Below are positions 1 through 8,860 of a stretch of DNA of 64,000 nt, piece by piece. The first letter of the stretch is position 1. Each line of letters begins with the position of its first letter. Both the position numbers and the translations under genes were made by a program. Source of the stretch: a virus (lineage: Duplodnaviria; Caudoviricetes); IMG/VR virus record IMGVR_UViG_2887198475_000002; one strand, written 5' to 3'. The notes beneath the pieces were generated by a model. It had not been told where the DNA came from, searched no databases, and saw nothing but the letters and a program-made list of their open reading frames with translations.

Positions 1-88
1 GAGACGCGGCCGCCGAGTCCCGCCCCGGTAGCCGCCACCGCGCCTCCCCCCATGCCCATTCGGAAGGCCGACCACGATCGGCCCTCCC

Positions 89-105
89 CTTATGGCGTCA
101 CGACC
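89..105 (-). promoter_or_regulatory. Late promoter motif copy 1 (gene runs off the left edge)
   Basis: GGTCGTGACG-C-CATAAG; hairpin 62-87 before ATG 59/53. Confidence 0.65.
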
Positions 106-115
106 TTGGGCGCCG

Positions 116-2134
116 CTATCCCTTGCGGGCGGAAAAGAGCGGGCAAGCGGCATCCCGCGGTGCCACGAGGCACCCGCGCGTGCCGCACTCACGCAGCGGG
201 GACTCTCCGTCTGGCGGATAGGAGCGGCAGCGGCCGCAGGTCCCCGGCGGCAGCTCGTCAATCATCGCCAGCACTTCTTTCGGCAACCCCGGCATTGCCT
301 CGGCCACCTTCTTCGCGCGATCGGTTTTCAGCTCGTCGCCTCCCATGTCCGGCAGCAGCATGGTCCCGGTACCGTAGGCGCGCGCCCACGCGACATCGCA
401 CAGCATATTGGCGTATGAGCTGTGCGGGTCGATGCCGACCTTGACCACGCGCCGGCGCAGCTTCTTCTGCTCTGGGTCCGGCCGGTCCGTCACCAGCGCT
501 GTTTTCTGAAAATGGACGAAGGCCACGTCCTTGAGGACGGCCACCGTCCTGCGCTCGCCCTTCTCGATGATCTCCTGAACCCGGCCCTGGGGATCGGGGA
601 ACAGACACACGCGCTTGGCGATGCGCCCCATGGAGACGGACATACATTTGTATTGGTCGAGCGTGACGGTGTAGCGGTCCCGCGCCTCACGCGCGATCTT
701 GCGGTCCGCCTTCGAGTTGTCCGCGTCCCCCCACCGCATCATCTCGTCGGCGATGTCGCTGTAGCCGGCGAGGAACACACGCCCCAGGTGGCGCTTCGCG
801 AATGCCTTGGCGTCGTTGTAGTTCGGCAGGGTTTCCACCACGCAGACCGCCACCCCGTATTGCTCCATCAGTTCAGAGCATCGCTTGAACGGGTCCTCGC
901 TGTAGATCAGCTCGAAGTGGATGACGGCTTGCCTGCCGTCCGGCAGCCGTTCTTTGCAGATGAACACGTTGAAATTGCCCATCTGGTCTATGCCGGCGAA
1001 CGTGTTCCGCGCGCGCTCCTTCCACACCACACCGGCCTTGCGGCCTTCCTCGACGCAGGCGTTGAGCATCCCGAGATTGACTGGAATCTGACTCGGATCC
1101 GCGTAGGGCTTGCCCAGCTTGCGGTTGAAGAAATTCATCATGTCATCGGCGTTGTGATACGCCTCGATGATTTCCCGCGGGCTGATCGTGGGGCTTAGGA
1201 ACTGCGGATAATGGACGCTGATATACCGGGCCTCCGGATGTTCCGCGATCCACTCTCCCTGCTGGGCATCGTCAATCCAGGCCCCGCAGGCGCAGCGGTA
1301 TCGGTAGTCGTCGCGCTCCTCGTCCCAGGCGATGCACTCTGGAAAGCGATCGTCCAGCGGCGCCGCGGTGCCGCAGCTCGGGCAGCGGGTGTGGAAGCGG
1401 TGCTGCGTGCCGCGGACGTAGAACCAATGGATGTCGGCGTCCGGCCACTTCGCCGTCGATCCCATCAGGCGGAACTTGATGCGGCTGGCCGAAAGACGCT
1501 CCTGCGTTTTCTCCATATCCGCAATCTTCATTTCCTGAACTTCATCATAGGTGATGATGTCCATCGGAAAGGATTCCGTCGTCGCGCGCCCGGTTGTGTA
1601 GAGGAAGTGGAACCGGCTCGCCCCCATGGTCCGGATCATCACGTTGCCCTCGGACCGCTTGCGCTTGCCGTCTGCGCCTTCGCTCGTGAGGCGGTTGTAA
1701 GCGGACGGAACGGTTCGGACGATCGGCATAAATCGCTCGCTCGACTTCGCCGCGGCGAGCTTCGCATCCGGTAGATACATGCCGATCTTCGCAGGCTCGA
1801 ATTTCAAAGCCATGTAGATGCACGCGAGCATCTCCATTACCGTGAAGCCGACCTGGGCGCATTTCATCATGACAACGAGACGGCTTTTTGCCTCCTCGAT
1901 CGTCGTGGGGATCAGGTCATAGACGAACCACATGCTCCGGCGATCGGCGAGCGTGAACGGGATGCCGTCCACCTTCAGACCCTTCGCGCCCAGATCCTCG
2001 CACCACTCCCGAAAGGTCATGCCCTCCGGGATGGTGCCAGCGCCGTCATAGCCGACCTCGGCGGCGAAGGCTTCCAGCTCCCGCCGCAGCACCGCGGCGG
2101 AAGCGGCTGCCAGGGAGAGCGCAGCCTTACCCAT
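116..2134 (-). CDS. terL: Terminase large subunit, lambda GpA-type, with C-terminal Cys-rich extension
   Basis: GpA-like Walker A variant VMMKCAQVGFT, Walker B IITYDE, GST coupling motif, CPSC..CAC zinc ribbon, FFNRKLGKPY, nuclease GIDQMG. Start moved to MGKAAL (ATG 2134), which overlaps the upstream stop. Confidence 0.9.
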   Translation of the reverse strand: MGKAALSLAAASAAVLRRELEAFAAEVGYDGAGTIPEGMTFREWCEDLGAKGLKVDGIPFTLADRRSMWFVYDLIPTTIEEAKSRLVVMMKCAQVGFTVMEMLACIYMALKFEPAKIGMYLPDAKLAAAKSSERFMPIVRTVPSAYNRLTSEGADGKRKRSEGNVMIRTMGASRFHFLYTTGRATTESFPMDIITYDEVQEMKIADMEKTQERLSASRIKFRLMGSTAKWPDADIHWFYVRGTQHRFHTRCPSCGTAAPLDDRFPECIAWDEERDDYRYRCACGAWIDDAQQGEWIAEHPEARYISVHYPQFLSPTISPREIIEAYHNADDMMNFFNRKLGKPYADPSQIPVNLGMLNACVEEGRKAGVVWKERARNTFAGIDQMGNFNVFICKERLPDGRQAVIHFELIYSEDPFKRCSELMEQYGVAVCVVETLPNYNDAKAFAKRHLGRVFLAGYSDIADEMMRWGDADNSKADRKIAREARDRYTVTLDQYKCMSVSMGRIAKRVCLFPDPQGRVQEIIEKGERRTVAVLKDVAFVHFQKTALVTDRPDPEQKKLRRRVVKVGIDPHSSYANMLCDVAWARAYGTGTMLLPDMGGDELKTDRAKKVAEAMPGLPKEVLAMIDELPPGTCGRCRSYPPDGESPLRECGTRGCLVAPRDAACPLFSARKG

Positions 2135-2510
2135 GGTGCGAGGCGTCAAACTCCATGATCGCCCGCTTGAGGTAGTTGGCGGCGGCCAGATGCTCCTCGT
2201 AAGCAAATTCGAGCCAGCCTCGCACGTCGAGATCCTTGCGTTCGAGGCCGGCGCTGTAATGCGACATGCCGATCGCGGAGCGCATCAGCAGGTCGGATAC
2301 GATGGCCGAGACGACAGGATCGGCGGAGGCCAGTTGCGGCGCCTCGATCGAGGAGAACTCCTCGCCGGTCGGGGGCGTGCGGGGCGGAGGCGGCGGGGGT
2401 GGCGCAGGAGCGCGGGGAGGCATGGAGGCGGCGACTTTGCGCGCCAGCTCGACCGCGCCCCCCAGCGCGCGAGCAATCCCGATCAGGCCAGCAATACGCA
2501 CTTCAGCCAC
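2127..2510 (-). CDS. Hypothetical protein, possible all-alpha nucleotide pyrophosphohydrolase-like domain
   Basis: RSAIG..HY...LERKDL...WLEFAYEEHLAAANYLKR pattern common in phage proteins; in the operon. Confidence 0.55.
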   Translation of the reverse strand: MAEVRIAGLIGIARALGGAVELARKVAASMPPRAPAPPPPPPPRTPPTGEEFSSIEAPQLASADPVVSAIVSDLLMRSAIGMSHYSAGLERKDLDVRGWLEFAYEEHLAAANYLKRAIMEFDASHHG

Positions 2511-2514
2511 TCCT

Positions 2515-2709
2515 CTAACGCGGTTCTGGGGGCGCCCCCGCGGCGGCCCGCAGATATGCGAGCAGCGCCGCCTCTTTCTCGGGCGGGCAGTCGTCGGGCA
2601 CGGTCAAACACGGCAAGGGGAAGCCGGGCCAAAGCGGCGTTGTCCGCGACGGCCGGCGCGGCGGCGCGGGCGCCGGCGGCGGCGCATCGTTGTCGTTGTC
2701 CTGCATCAT
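2515..2709 (-). CDS. Small hypothetical protein
   Basis: Starts MMQDNDND at the stop of the upstream gene and fills the operon gap. Confidence 0.4.
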   Translation of the reverse strand: MMQDNDNDAPPPAPAPPRRPSRTTPLWPGFPLPCLTVPDDCPPEKEAALLAYLRAAAGAPPEPR

Positions 2710-3332
2710 CAGCCCCCCCATTCCGCGGCAAGCTGGCCCAGGCCGCTGATGATCGCCTGGGCAGCTTCCGGGTGCTCGCGCGCCACCCCGCGCACCATCC
2801 CCAGGATGCGACGGTGGAACCGCTCCATCTCCTCGGCCTGCCGCATCGCCTCTTGCAGCCGCACGGCGGTTTCGAGGTTGCGGCGCATGTGCTCGGAGGC
2901 GGACAGCAGCAGCTTGGCCGACCGAACCTTCCCGTCCTCCGTCCGCGCGTGCGCGATCAGTTGCTCGGCGATGCCGATGCACCCGACGAGCTTTTCGATG
3001 ACGGGAATCACGCCGCCGGAGCTGGCGATGTCATCGACCGTGACCAGGGCCGGCAACTTAGCGGCGGCGGCCTGGGCGGCGGCGGCCGGCGGATCCGGCA
3101 GCTTGGCCCGGGCCTCGACCGCGGCCTTGACCTCGCGGGCAACGTGCTGCCCGGCCTTGCCAGATTTCAACGGCCCGTCGATGTAGCGATAGAGGGTCGC
3201 GCGCGACGCGCCGCGGTCGGCGAACCGGCGGGCGATCTCGGCCTTGCTGAACGCCTCCGGCCCCACCCGCGCCAGCTCGGCCAGGACGGCGGCCTCGACC
3301 TCGTCGCGGAGCGAGGGGTGATGCTCGCTCAT
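2709..3332 (-). CDS. HTH DNA-binding protein, candidate terminase small subunit
   Basis: N-terminal HTH-like KAEIARRF..GASRATLYRYI, helical C-terminus, located shortly upstream of terL. Confidence 0.6.
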   Translation of the reverse strand: MSEHHPSLRDEVEAAVLAELARVGPEAFSKAEIARRFADRGASRATLYRYIDGPLKSGKAGQHVAREVKAAVEARAKLPDPPAAAAQAAAAKLPALVTVDDIASSGGVIPVIEKLVGCIGIAEQLIAHARTEDGKVRSAKLLLSASEHMRRNLETAVRLQEAMRQAEEMERFHRRILGMVRGVAREHPEAAQAIISGLGQLAAEWGG

Positions 3333-3880
3333 GAGAGCCCGCCGCCCTCGCGCAGCGCGTCAACGAACGCCGGGATGTCGGGCGACCACGCGCCGAACCT
3401 GCGCACCGTTGCATTGAACTCGCCGAGATCGTGATCAACCAATGCCCAGACGGGATTGCCGTCGTCATCGAATTTCGGCTCGCCTTCCTTGTCCTTGGCG
3501 TGCCCGATGTGGCCCAACTCGTGGTGGACAAGGGCGCGCCGGCGATGCAGGTCCGCGCCGTGCCACCATTCCCGGTCGATCAGCAGGAGGAAATCCGGCG
3601 CCGTGCCGCCGCATGCCTTCGCCAGCAGCCACGCGCCCACCGGCGCAAGCCCGCCCTGGAAGCGCGGCAGGCACATCTCCCCCAACACCCAGCGCCCGCC
3701 CTTCACCTTCGGCACCGTCCGCATGAGGAACAGGATGGCGGGCTGGCCCAGCTTGAGGTGCGCGAACTCCTCGCATTCCTCGACCAGCCGGGCGGCGATT
3801 TCCTGCGGCCCGTCCGCTCCGTCATCGGCCATCTCGAAGAAGTCGCTTGCTGCGACCTCGTCGCCGTCGCCGTTCTTCAT
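3329..3880 (-). CDS. Putative phage metallopeptidase
   Basis: ALVHHELGH zinc motif plus DHDLGEFNATVRRFGAW tail typical of this phage family; ATGA overlaps at both ends. Confidence 0.8.
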   Translation of the reverse strand: MKNGDGDEVAASDFFEMADDGADGPQEIAARLVEECEEFAHLKLGQPAILFLMRTVPKVKGGRWVLGEMCLPRFQGGLAPVGAWLLAKACGGTAPDFLLLIDREWWHGADLHRRRALVHHELGHIGHAKDKEGEPKFDDDGNPVWALVDHDLGEFNATVRRFGAWSPDIPAFVDALREGGGLS

Positions 3881-4188
3881 GCCGGCTCGCCCCCGTAGAG
3901 GATGACGATGACGCTGGGGTTGGCCGGGGACCGGGCCGGGTTCGGGGCGCAGTGGAAGCGCGGGCGGGTGCTGGGCGCGGCCTTGCGCTGGGCGTCTCGG
4001 TCGCGCTGGCGTCGGGCGTTGGTGCCGAACTCCACGCCGCAGCCGCAGATGCCGTGCGGCTCGCCCAGGCTGCGCACGTCGCAGTTCCCGCACTCATACA
4101 GGGGCTTGCCGCCGGGCGCCGTGCCGACCGCGAGGCGAGAGCCGCAGAAGCGGCAGGCGTGATCGACCCACGGGATACCGCCGCTCAT
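3877..4188 (-). CDS. Cys-rich zinc-finger protein
   Basis: CRFC, CGNC, ICGC motifs; ATGA coupling with both neighbours. Confidence 0.65.
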   Translation of the reverse strand: MSGGIPWVDHACRFCGSRLAVGTAPGGKPLYECGNCDVRSLGEPHGICGCGVEFGTNARRQRDRDAQRKAAPSTRPRFHCAPNPARSPANPSVIVILYGGEPA

Positions 4189-4880
4189 GCGGCAAAAAGC
4201 TCAAGCTGAATCGCCTGGGCGGGGCGAGGGGGCGAGAATGGCCTGGGCATGCCGCGCTCGACCGGACGACGGGAGCACATGACGGGCAGGCCGGCGCCCC
4301 ACAGCCCGACCTCGGGGGCCGGCAGGACGAGGGCAGGGCGCCCGATCGCCACCGGGCCGCCGGCCCTCCGCGCCGCCAGGATCGCGGCCTCGGTGCGGCT
4401 GGTGACGCGCTCGAATGCCTGGACAGTGGCGCGCTGCTGCACGTCCACCCGAATCGCCGTCACCGATTCGGTGTGCAGCAGGGCCATGAGCTTCGGCGGA
4501 TTCCCCTTGGCGTTCCGGCCCCGGGCCGCCTCGCGGTCGCGCATGTCGCAGCTCACGCATAGCCGGTTGTTCACCAGGGGTTGCCGGCGGTCGCCCCGCT
4601 CGGCGATCCGTAGGCACCGGCAGCAGACGGCGCGAAGGCCATCCGCGGCCGCCTTAGCCTGCTGTTCTGCAAGGGATACACCGGCATTCATGGCGCCGAT
4701 CGGGCAGCCGCGGCAGCGCGCCCGGCTCTCCCAACTTTCCGGGGGGCGATCGCCGTTCGCCCCCTTCCACAGTCGCGCGCATCCAGCAACGGACAACGTC
4801 ATCGTCTGCCGGTCGCAGCGAAACGTGGCAAGCGTTTGCATGTGGTTGGGCCTCGCGGATAGGGCGGGATAGGATATCAC
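4185..4880 (-). CDS. Cys-rich multi-zinc-finger protein with C-terminal QLELF motif (start uncertain)
   Basis: CRGC, CCRC, CVSC motifs; ends IQLELFAA. Confidence 0.65.
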   Translation of the reverse strand: MISYPALSARPNHMQTLATFRCDRQTMTLSVAGCARLWKGANGDRPPESWESRARCRGCPIGAMNAGVSLAEQQAKAAADGLRAVCCRCLRIAERGDRRQPLVNNRLCVSCDMRDREAARGRNAKGNPPKLMALLHTESVTAIRVDVQQRATVQAFERVTSRTEAAILAARRAGGPVAIGRPALVLPAPEVGLWGAGLPVMCSRRPVERGMPRPFSPPRPAQAIQLELFAA

Positions 4881-4938
4881 GCTTCCGCGAGTGCGTATAA
4901 TCAGTCGGTTGATTTGTCTGCAATAGCTGTGCGCGATG

Positions 4939-4970
4939 TGCGGATAGGTTTCGTTATTAACCTATCCGCA
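4939..4970. promoter_or_regulatory. Perfect 12-bp inverted repeat: candidate repressor operator and/or terminator of the lysis operon
   Basis: TGCGGATAGGTT-N8-AACCTATCCGCA; same GGATAGG-N12-CCTATCC geometry as 16171-16196. Confidence 0.6.
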
Positions 4971-4977
4971 TCGCCTG

Positions 4978-5808
4978 TTACGCGAGAGCGGACCCGCTCG
5001 AAAGCAGCGCAAGCGCGGTGGCGTGGTGCTCCTGCACTTCGGCCATCCCGATTGTGCCGCCGTTCACCAGCTTGCGGCACAGGGTGATGTTCCCCCGGTC
5101 CGCCGGCTCGTTGCAGCCCGCCCAGCTCCAATAGGCCGCTGCTGATTCGGCCGCCCCCTCCATGGTTTCGAGCCACTTCCGCAGCTCCGGGACCGTCTTG
5201 CCGGTGGCCCGGGACAGCCGCTCATAGTTGCTGCGCCCGGTCAGTTGCATCAGGCCGCGCCCGATCAGGTCGGAGGCGTCGGAGGTGCCCGGGATGTTGC
5301 CCAGGTTCACCTTGCCCCAGGATCCGCCGTAGACCACCGCGGCGATGGCCTCCTGCTGGGCGAGCGTGAGCGCCTTCGCGCCCGGCTTGCGCCCCAGCTT
5401 GTCGGCCTGCTCCTTGGTGATGCGCGGGGGCTTGCCCTGGCCGAACACACTGACCAGCGCCGTGCAGGAGTAGTTCAGGCTCTCCCGTATTATCCGGAAT
5501 CCGCCGCTCTCATGGGCCGCATTGGCAAGGAAAGCGGCGAGCCGGGCAGGGGTGTTGATCCCGTGCCGCTGGCAAGCCGGAGCGAGGACCGCGGCCCAAG
5601 CCTCGGGACGGTCCGTGTTCATCCCGCGCAGCACCGCGGCAAGCTCGCGCGGAGAGGGGAAGGCAGGCTGCGCAGTGGCAGCCTGCCCCGTTCCGACAGA
5701 AGCCGGTGCGGGCGCGGTGGTGGGTGCCTGCGGCGGTGCGATCGGAGCCGGCCCGGCATCCTCCCGCCGCTCGTCGCCCTGGCCGAGAAGGCGTGCAAGC
5801 CAGTTCAT
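4978..5808 (-). CDS. Endolysin, glycoside hydrolase family 19
   Basis: AAFLANAAHESGGF..IRESLNY, GRGLMQLTGRSNY, AAESAAAYW, VNGG; ATG 5808 overlaps the holin stop. Confidence 0.9.
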   Translation of the reverse strand: MNWLARLLGQGDERREDAGPAPIAPPQAPTTAPAPASVGTGQAATAQPAFPSPRELAAVLRGMNTDRPEAWAAVLAPACQRHGINTPARLAAFLANAAHESGGFRIIRESLNYSCTALVSVFGQGKPPRITKEQADKLGRKPGAKALTLAQQEAIAAVVYGGSWGKVNLGNIPGTSDASDLIGRGLMQLTGRSNYERLSRATGKTVPELRKWLETMEGAAESAAAYWSWAGCNEPADRGNITLCRKLVNGGTIGMAEVQEHHATALALLSSGSALA

Positions 5809-6149
5809 AGGCCCAGGCGCTCCACCGCGCTGCTGATTGCGAGGGACGCCTGCCGGGCGCCGGGGCCTGCGGCCTTCTCCGCGGTCTCGGTGGCGATCTT
5901 CAGGGCCGCGGCAACGGCGGCATCCTGGGCGGCGGCCGCATCCACGGCGCGGTTGTTGTCGGGCACGAGGATGCCAGCCAGCGGGCCAAGCACCGTCACG
6001 AGCGCCACGATTTTGTCGGTCCACGCCGTGAGCTGGTCGAGCGTCACAGCGCCCGCCAGGACCAGCAGCAGCATCAGCAGCACGACGAGCTGGATCCGCG
6101 AGCTGCGCTCCGCGAGGCGTGCGCGGAGGAAAGAGAGGATCTTGTCCAT
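5805..6149 (-). CDS. Putative holin
   Basis: Two hydrophobic segments, directly upstream of the endolysin; SD GGGGAG before MDKILS. Confidence 0.65.
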   Translation of the reverse strand: MDKILSFLRARLAERSSRIQLVVLLMLLLVLAGAVTLDQLTAWTDKIVALVTVLGPLAGILVPDNNRAVDAAAAQDAAVAAALKIATETAEKAAGPGARQASLAISSAVERLGL

Positions 6150-6186
6150 CGAGACTCCCCAGGCGGGACAATCCCCGCCATGGGGC

Positions 6187-6203
6187 ACGGTGCCGTCACG
6201 ACA
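6187..6203 (-). promoter_or_regulatory. Late promoter motif copy 2 (holin-endolysin)
   Basis: TGTCGTGACG-G-CACCGT; hairpin 6157-6185. Confidence 0.75.
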
Positions 6204-6363
6204 CGCAGCCGGAGCGATAGGAGATTTCGCTTATCGCGCAGCGCGCACGCCGGTAGGGTGCCGGCGCCCCCGCAGGCTCGGGGCCTTCGGCCAGGGGCGC
6301 CGGCGAGCGGCGAGAGAGGGCCGTCCTGCCACCACATCCAGGCAGCTCTCTCCCGCCGCAGCT

Positions 6364-6576
6364 CTAAACCGGGAAGTCCGGCACAGGCCCCGCCTCGCGG
6401 GCCTGCTGCTCCTCGGCGATCGTCCGCACGAGCGCAAGAAGCGATCCAACAGACTCGGCCACGAGGAACGGCGGCCCCTGGACGCCTGGGCTGGGGCTGC
6501 CGTGAGCAACCTTCCAGCCGTTGCCGCCGCGGACGATGACGATGGCGACGCCGTCAACGAGGATCATCGGTCCCAT
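6364..6576 (-). CDS. Hypothetical protein
   Basis: SD GGAGG upstream; operon context. Confidence 0.5.
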   Translation of the reverse strand: MGPMILVDGVAIVIVRGGNGWKVAHGSPSPGVQGPPFLVAESVGSLLALVRTIAEEQQAREAGPVPDFPV

Positions 6577-6580
6577 GGGG

Positions 6581-6853
6581 TCAGTCCTCCGGTCCGCCGG
6601 TGATGTGGCGGATCGCCCAGAACTCGGCGGTTTGCAGGCTGCGCAGCGCCAGGGTCAGTTCCGCACTGCCCAGGCGCCCGTTCTGCCCCGTCGCCGGATC
6701 AGTGTTCCCGGCGGCGTGCAGCAGCCGCACGCCTTCGCGCCGCCACGCCCGGATGTGCTTGATGATGTCGATTTGCTCGGGCGTGAAGCCCTTGCGCTGC
6801 CCGGGCGTCGTGCCCGCCGGGGTGGCGTAGCCTGGGAAGTTTTCCTCGGCCAT
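6581..6853 (-). CDS. Acb2/Tad1-like helical hairpin protein (putative anti-CBASS/anti-Thoeris sponge)
   Basis: About 90 aa; PGY...FTPEQIDII and SAELTLALRSLQTAEFWAIRHIT resemble the Acb2/Tad1 hairpin pattern. Confidence 0.55.
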   Translation of the reverse strand: MAEENFPGYATPAGTTPGQRKGFTPEQIDIIKHIRAWRREGVRLLHAAGNTDPATGQNGRLGSAELTLALRSLQTAEFWAIRHITGGPED

Positions 6854-6855
6854 GA

Positions 6856-7260
6856 CTACGCCTTCTCCGGCACCGCGACGGCGTCGCACGGGCCTTGCGC
6901 GGCCAGGATCTCGCCCAGCTCCGCATGCGCCTCGGCGGCGGCGGCGGCCTGCTGCGCCTCGGCGGCGACGCGGACGCCCTCGGCCTCGACCTCGTCCTTC
7001 TGCTGACGCGCCATCATGAGGCTAGCCACCGTGTTGGAGACGTAGCCGTTGAGCATAGCCGCCACGGCCAGCGCGGTGCCGGGATCGCCCTGCGTTTCCG
7101 TGTCGATGAACTCGCCCAGGGCGATGCCACAGAGCAAGAGCCGGTCGCCGTTCCGCAGCCCGGCAGTCTCGCGCGCGATCGTCTCGCGGATCGCGTTGAC
7201 CGCGGCCTCCGCAGCTCCGCCGTCATTCTGCTGCGGGGCGGCTGTCGTCATTTCGTCCAT
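6856..7260 (-). CDS. Hypothetical protein
   Basis: SD AGAGGA before MDEMTT; helical composition. Confidence 0.55.
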   Translation of the reverse strand: MDEMTTAAPQQNDGGAAEAAVNAIRETIARETAGLRNGDRLLLCGIALGEFIDTETQGDPGTALAVAAMLNGYVSNTVASLMMARQQKDEVEAEGVRVAAEAQQAAAAAEAHAELGEILAAQGPCDAVAVPEKA

Positions 7261-7855
7261 GGGTGTCCTCTTTCTGATCGAAGCGGGTCGCCTGATTCCC
7301 CCAGGTGTCCCAATTTTCGCGAGAGGCACGCGCGAACAGCTCGCATCGCGGGCCGTCGAACATGCGCTCAAGGTCGGCGTGCAGTCGGTCCGGCTTGCGG
7401 GAGTGCTCGCGCACCGGAGCAAGGATCAGGTTGCGCACATCGCGCACGAGCTGGCGCGGCTCGCCGACCGCGCCCCACAAGATGAACTCCGCGGCGCTGC
7501 GCAGCCGGTAGCCGGGGCCGAACGCCATCTTTGCGCTCGGATCGCCCAACCCCGCGCTGCGCTTCGACAACTTCCCCCAGGCGGCCGCGGTGGTGTAGGC
7601 GAAGCCCCAGGCGGCCAGCGCCTCGAACGCCTGGGGCAGCATTGGCGCGGTTGCCCACATCACGAGGCAACATCCGTCAGGGTGCGCCAGCTCGCGGACC
7701 GGCAGGGCCTTGATGGCGTGCAGGTCCATGCATTCATAGTGGCGCTGCGGAGATTTCCCCAATCCCTTCGGGGACCACGAGCGCCAGGACCATGGCGGAT
7801 CGGCGAGTACAACGCGATAGGCCCGGCGGCGCAGCTCCTCGAAAGGCCACGTCAT
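7223..7855 (-). CDS. MT-A70 family N6-adenine methyltransferase
   Basis: VVLADPPW, HYECM, LVMWAT, EHSRKPD, ELFARAS..NWDTWGNQ. Confidence 0.9.
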   Translation of the reverse strand: MTWPFEELRRRAYRVVLADPPWSWRSWSPKGLGKSPQRHYECMDLHAIKALPVRELAHPDGCCLVMWATAPMLPQAFEALAAWGFAYTTAAAWGKLSKRSAGLGDPSAKMAFGPGYRLRSAAEFILWGAVGEPRQLVRDVRNLILAPVREHSRKPDRLHADLERMFDGPRCELFARASRENWDTWGNQATRFDQKEDTHGRNDDSRPAAE

Positions 7856-8004
7856 GACGGCGGATTTCCCCGCCGCCACGCGCGGCAGCGCCACATCAGC
7901 TCGGCAACGCCAGGGCGGATCAGGCCCAGCGCCGCCGAGAGCGGGAAGGCGCCTGCGATGCCGCAGGGCGCTAACCAGCACAACATGGAGGCTGCGTCAG
8001 CCAT
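7852..8004 (-). CDS. Small hydrophobic hypothetical protein (50 aa; not in the ORF track)
   Basis: MADAASMLCWLAPC...; its TGA overlaps the methylase ATG (ATGA). Confidence 0.4.
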   Translation of the reverse strand: MADAASMLCWLAPCGIAGAFPLSAALGLIRPGVAELMWRCRAWRRGNPPS

Positions 8005-8007
8005 GGT

Positions 8008-8238
8008 TCAGAGAGCGACCATCATGATGAGAGGCGTCAAAAACATCGACAGGAAGACCGCGATGACACCGACGATGAGGATCGCCCGCTGATCTGACAG
8101 ATGCGCAATGCGCTCCATCGCCTCCGCCACCTGTTCCTCGGCAGCCTCGGCCCGTGCTCTCAGCGCGCGTAGTTCGTCGGCCGTCCCGTCCTGGGGCGGG
8201 TCATCCGCCCCCTCAACTGGACGTAGGTTCAGCACCAT
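8008..8238 (-). CDS. Small membrane protein (coiled coil plus C-terminal transmembrane helix)
   Basis: MVLNLRP...AILIVGVIAVFLSMFLTPLIMMVAL. Confidence 0.5.
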   Translation of the reverse strand: MVLNLRPVEGADDPPQDGTADELRALRARAEAAEEQVAEAMERIAHLSDQRAILIVGVIAVFLSMFLTPLIMMVAL

Positions 8239-8621
8239 CCAAGCATTGCCTCCGGCAACGGTTTGAGACGGCTGCCCCAAGGATTGTGCAGCCCGGCCAG
8301 ATCGAGGGTTTCGGGCAGGCTGGTGCCAGCTTCGCGGAGCGTGACGGCCAGGAGGTAGCGGCGCGCCCGGCACAGATGCCGGGACACCTCTTTGCGGATC
8401 TTGGTGGCCTCGGCGATCCGCATCTCGGCGCCGCGGGTGTCGCCGGCCGCCCGGCAAACCTGGGCCAGCCGCAGGGTCATGGAATGGCGCACGGTCAGCC
8501 GGTGGGCGGCCTCGCGCTCGTCCAGGGCGTATTCCTGCCAGCCTTCGATGTTCAGGCGGGCGACGATGTCCAGGCCAGGAGCAACCGGTCGGACCGGAAG
8601 CGGGAAGGTGGCGATGTTCAT
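8229..8621 (-). CDS. Hypothetical protein
   Basis: Overlapping start/stop with neighbours. Confidence 0.55.
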   Translation of the reverse strand: MNIATFPLPVRPVAPGLDIVARLNIEGWQEYALDEREAAHRLTVRHSMTLRLAQVCRAAGDTRGAEMRIAEATKIRKEVSRHLCRARRYLLAVTLREAGTSLPETLDLAGLHNPWGSRLKPLPEAMLGWC

Positions 8622-8860
8622 GGGGTGCCCCAGCTCGTGTTGAAGCGGGCGTCTTTTTCGATGTGCAGGCCCAGCGCCACGGACAGGATGAGGCCGGACT
8701 CAGTGAGTCCGGTCCACCCCGCGAAGCGGACGGCGAGGCCGCAGCGTTCCAGTTCATGGCGCCCCTGCTCGCTCGGGATGTTCCAGTCGAAGAGGGGGCC
8801 GTTCATGAACAGGCAGCGCAGAGTTTCGGCGGCGTGCTGGGTCAGCTCGTGGGAGGGCAT
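8618..8860 (-). CDS. Hypothetical protein
   Basis: SD GGGAG; coupled to neighbours. Confidence 0.5.
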   Translation of the reverse strand: MPSHELTQHAAETLRCLFMNGPLFDWNIPSEQGRHELERCGLAVRFAGWTGLTESGLILSVALGLHIEKDARFNTSWGTP

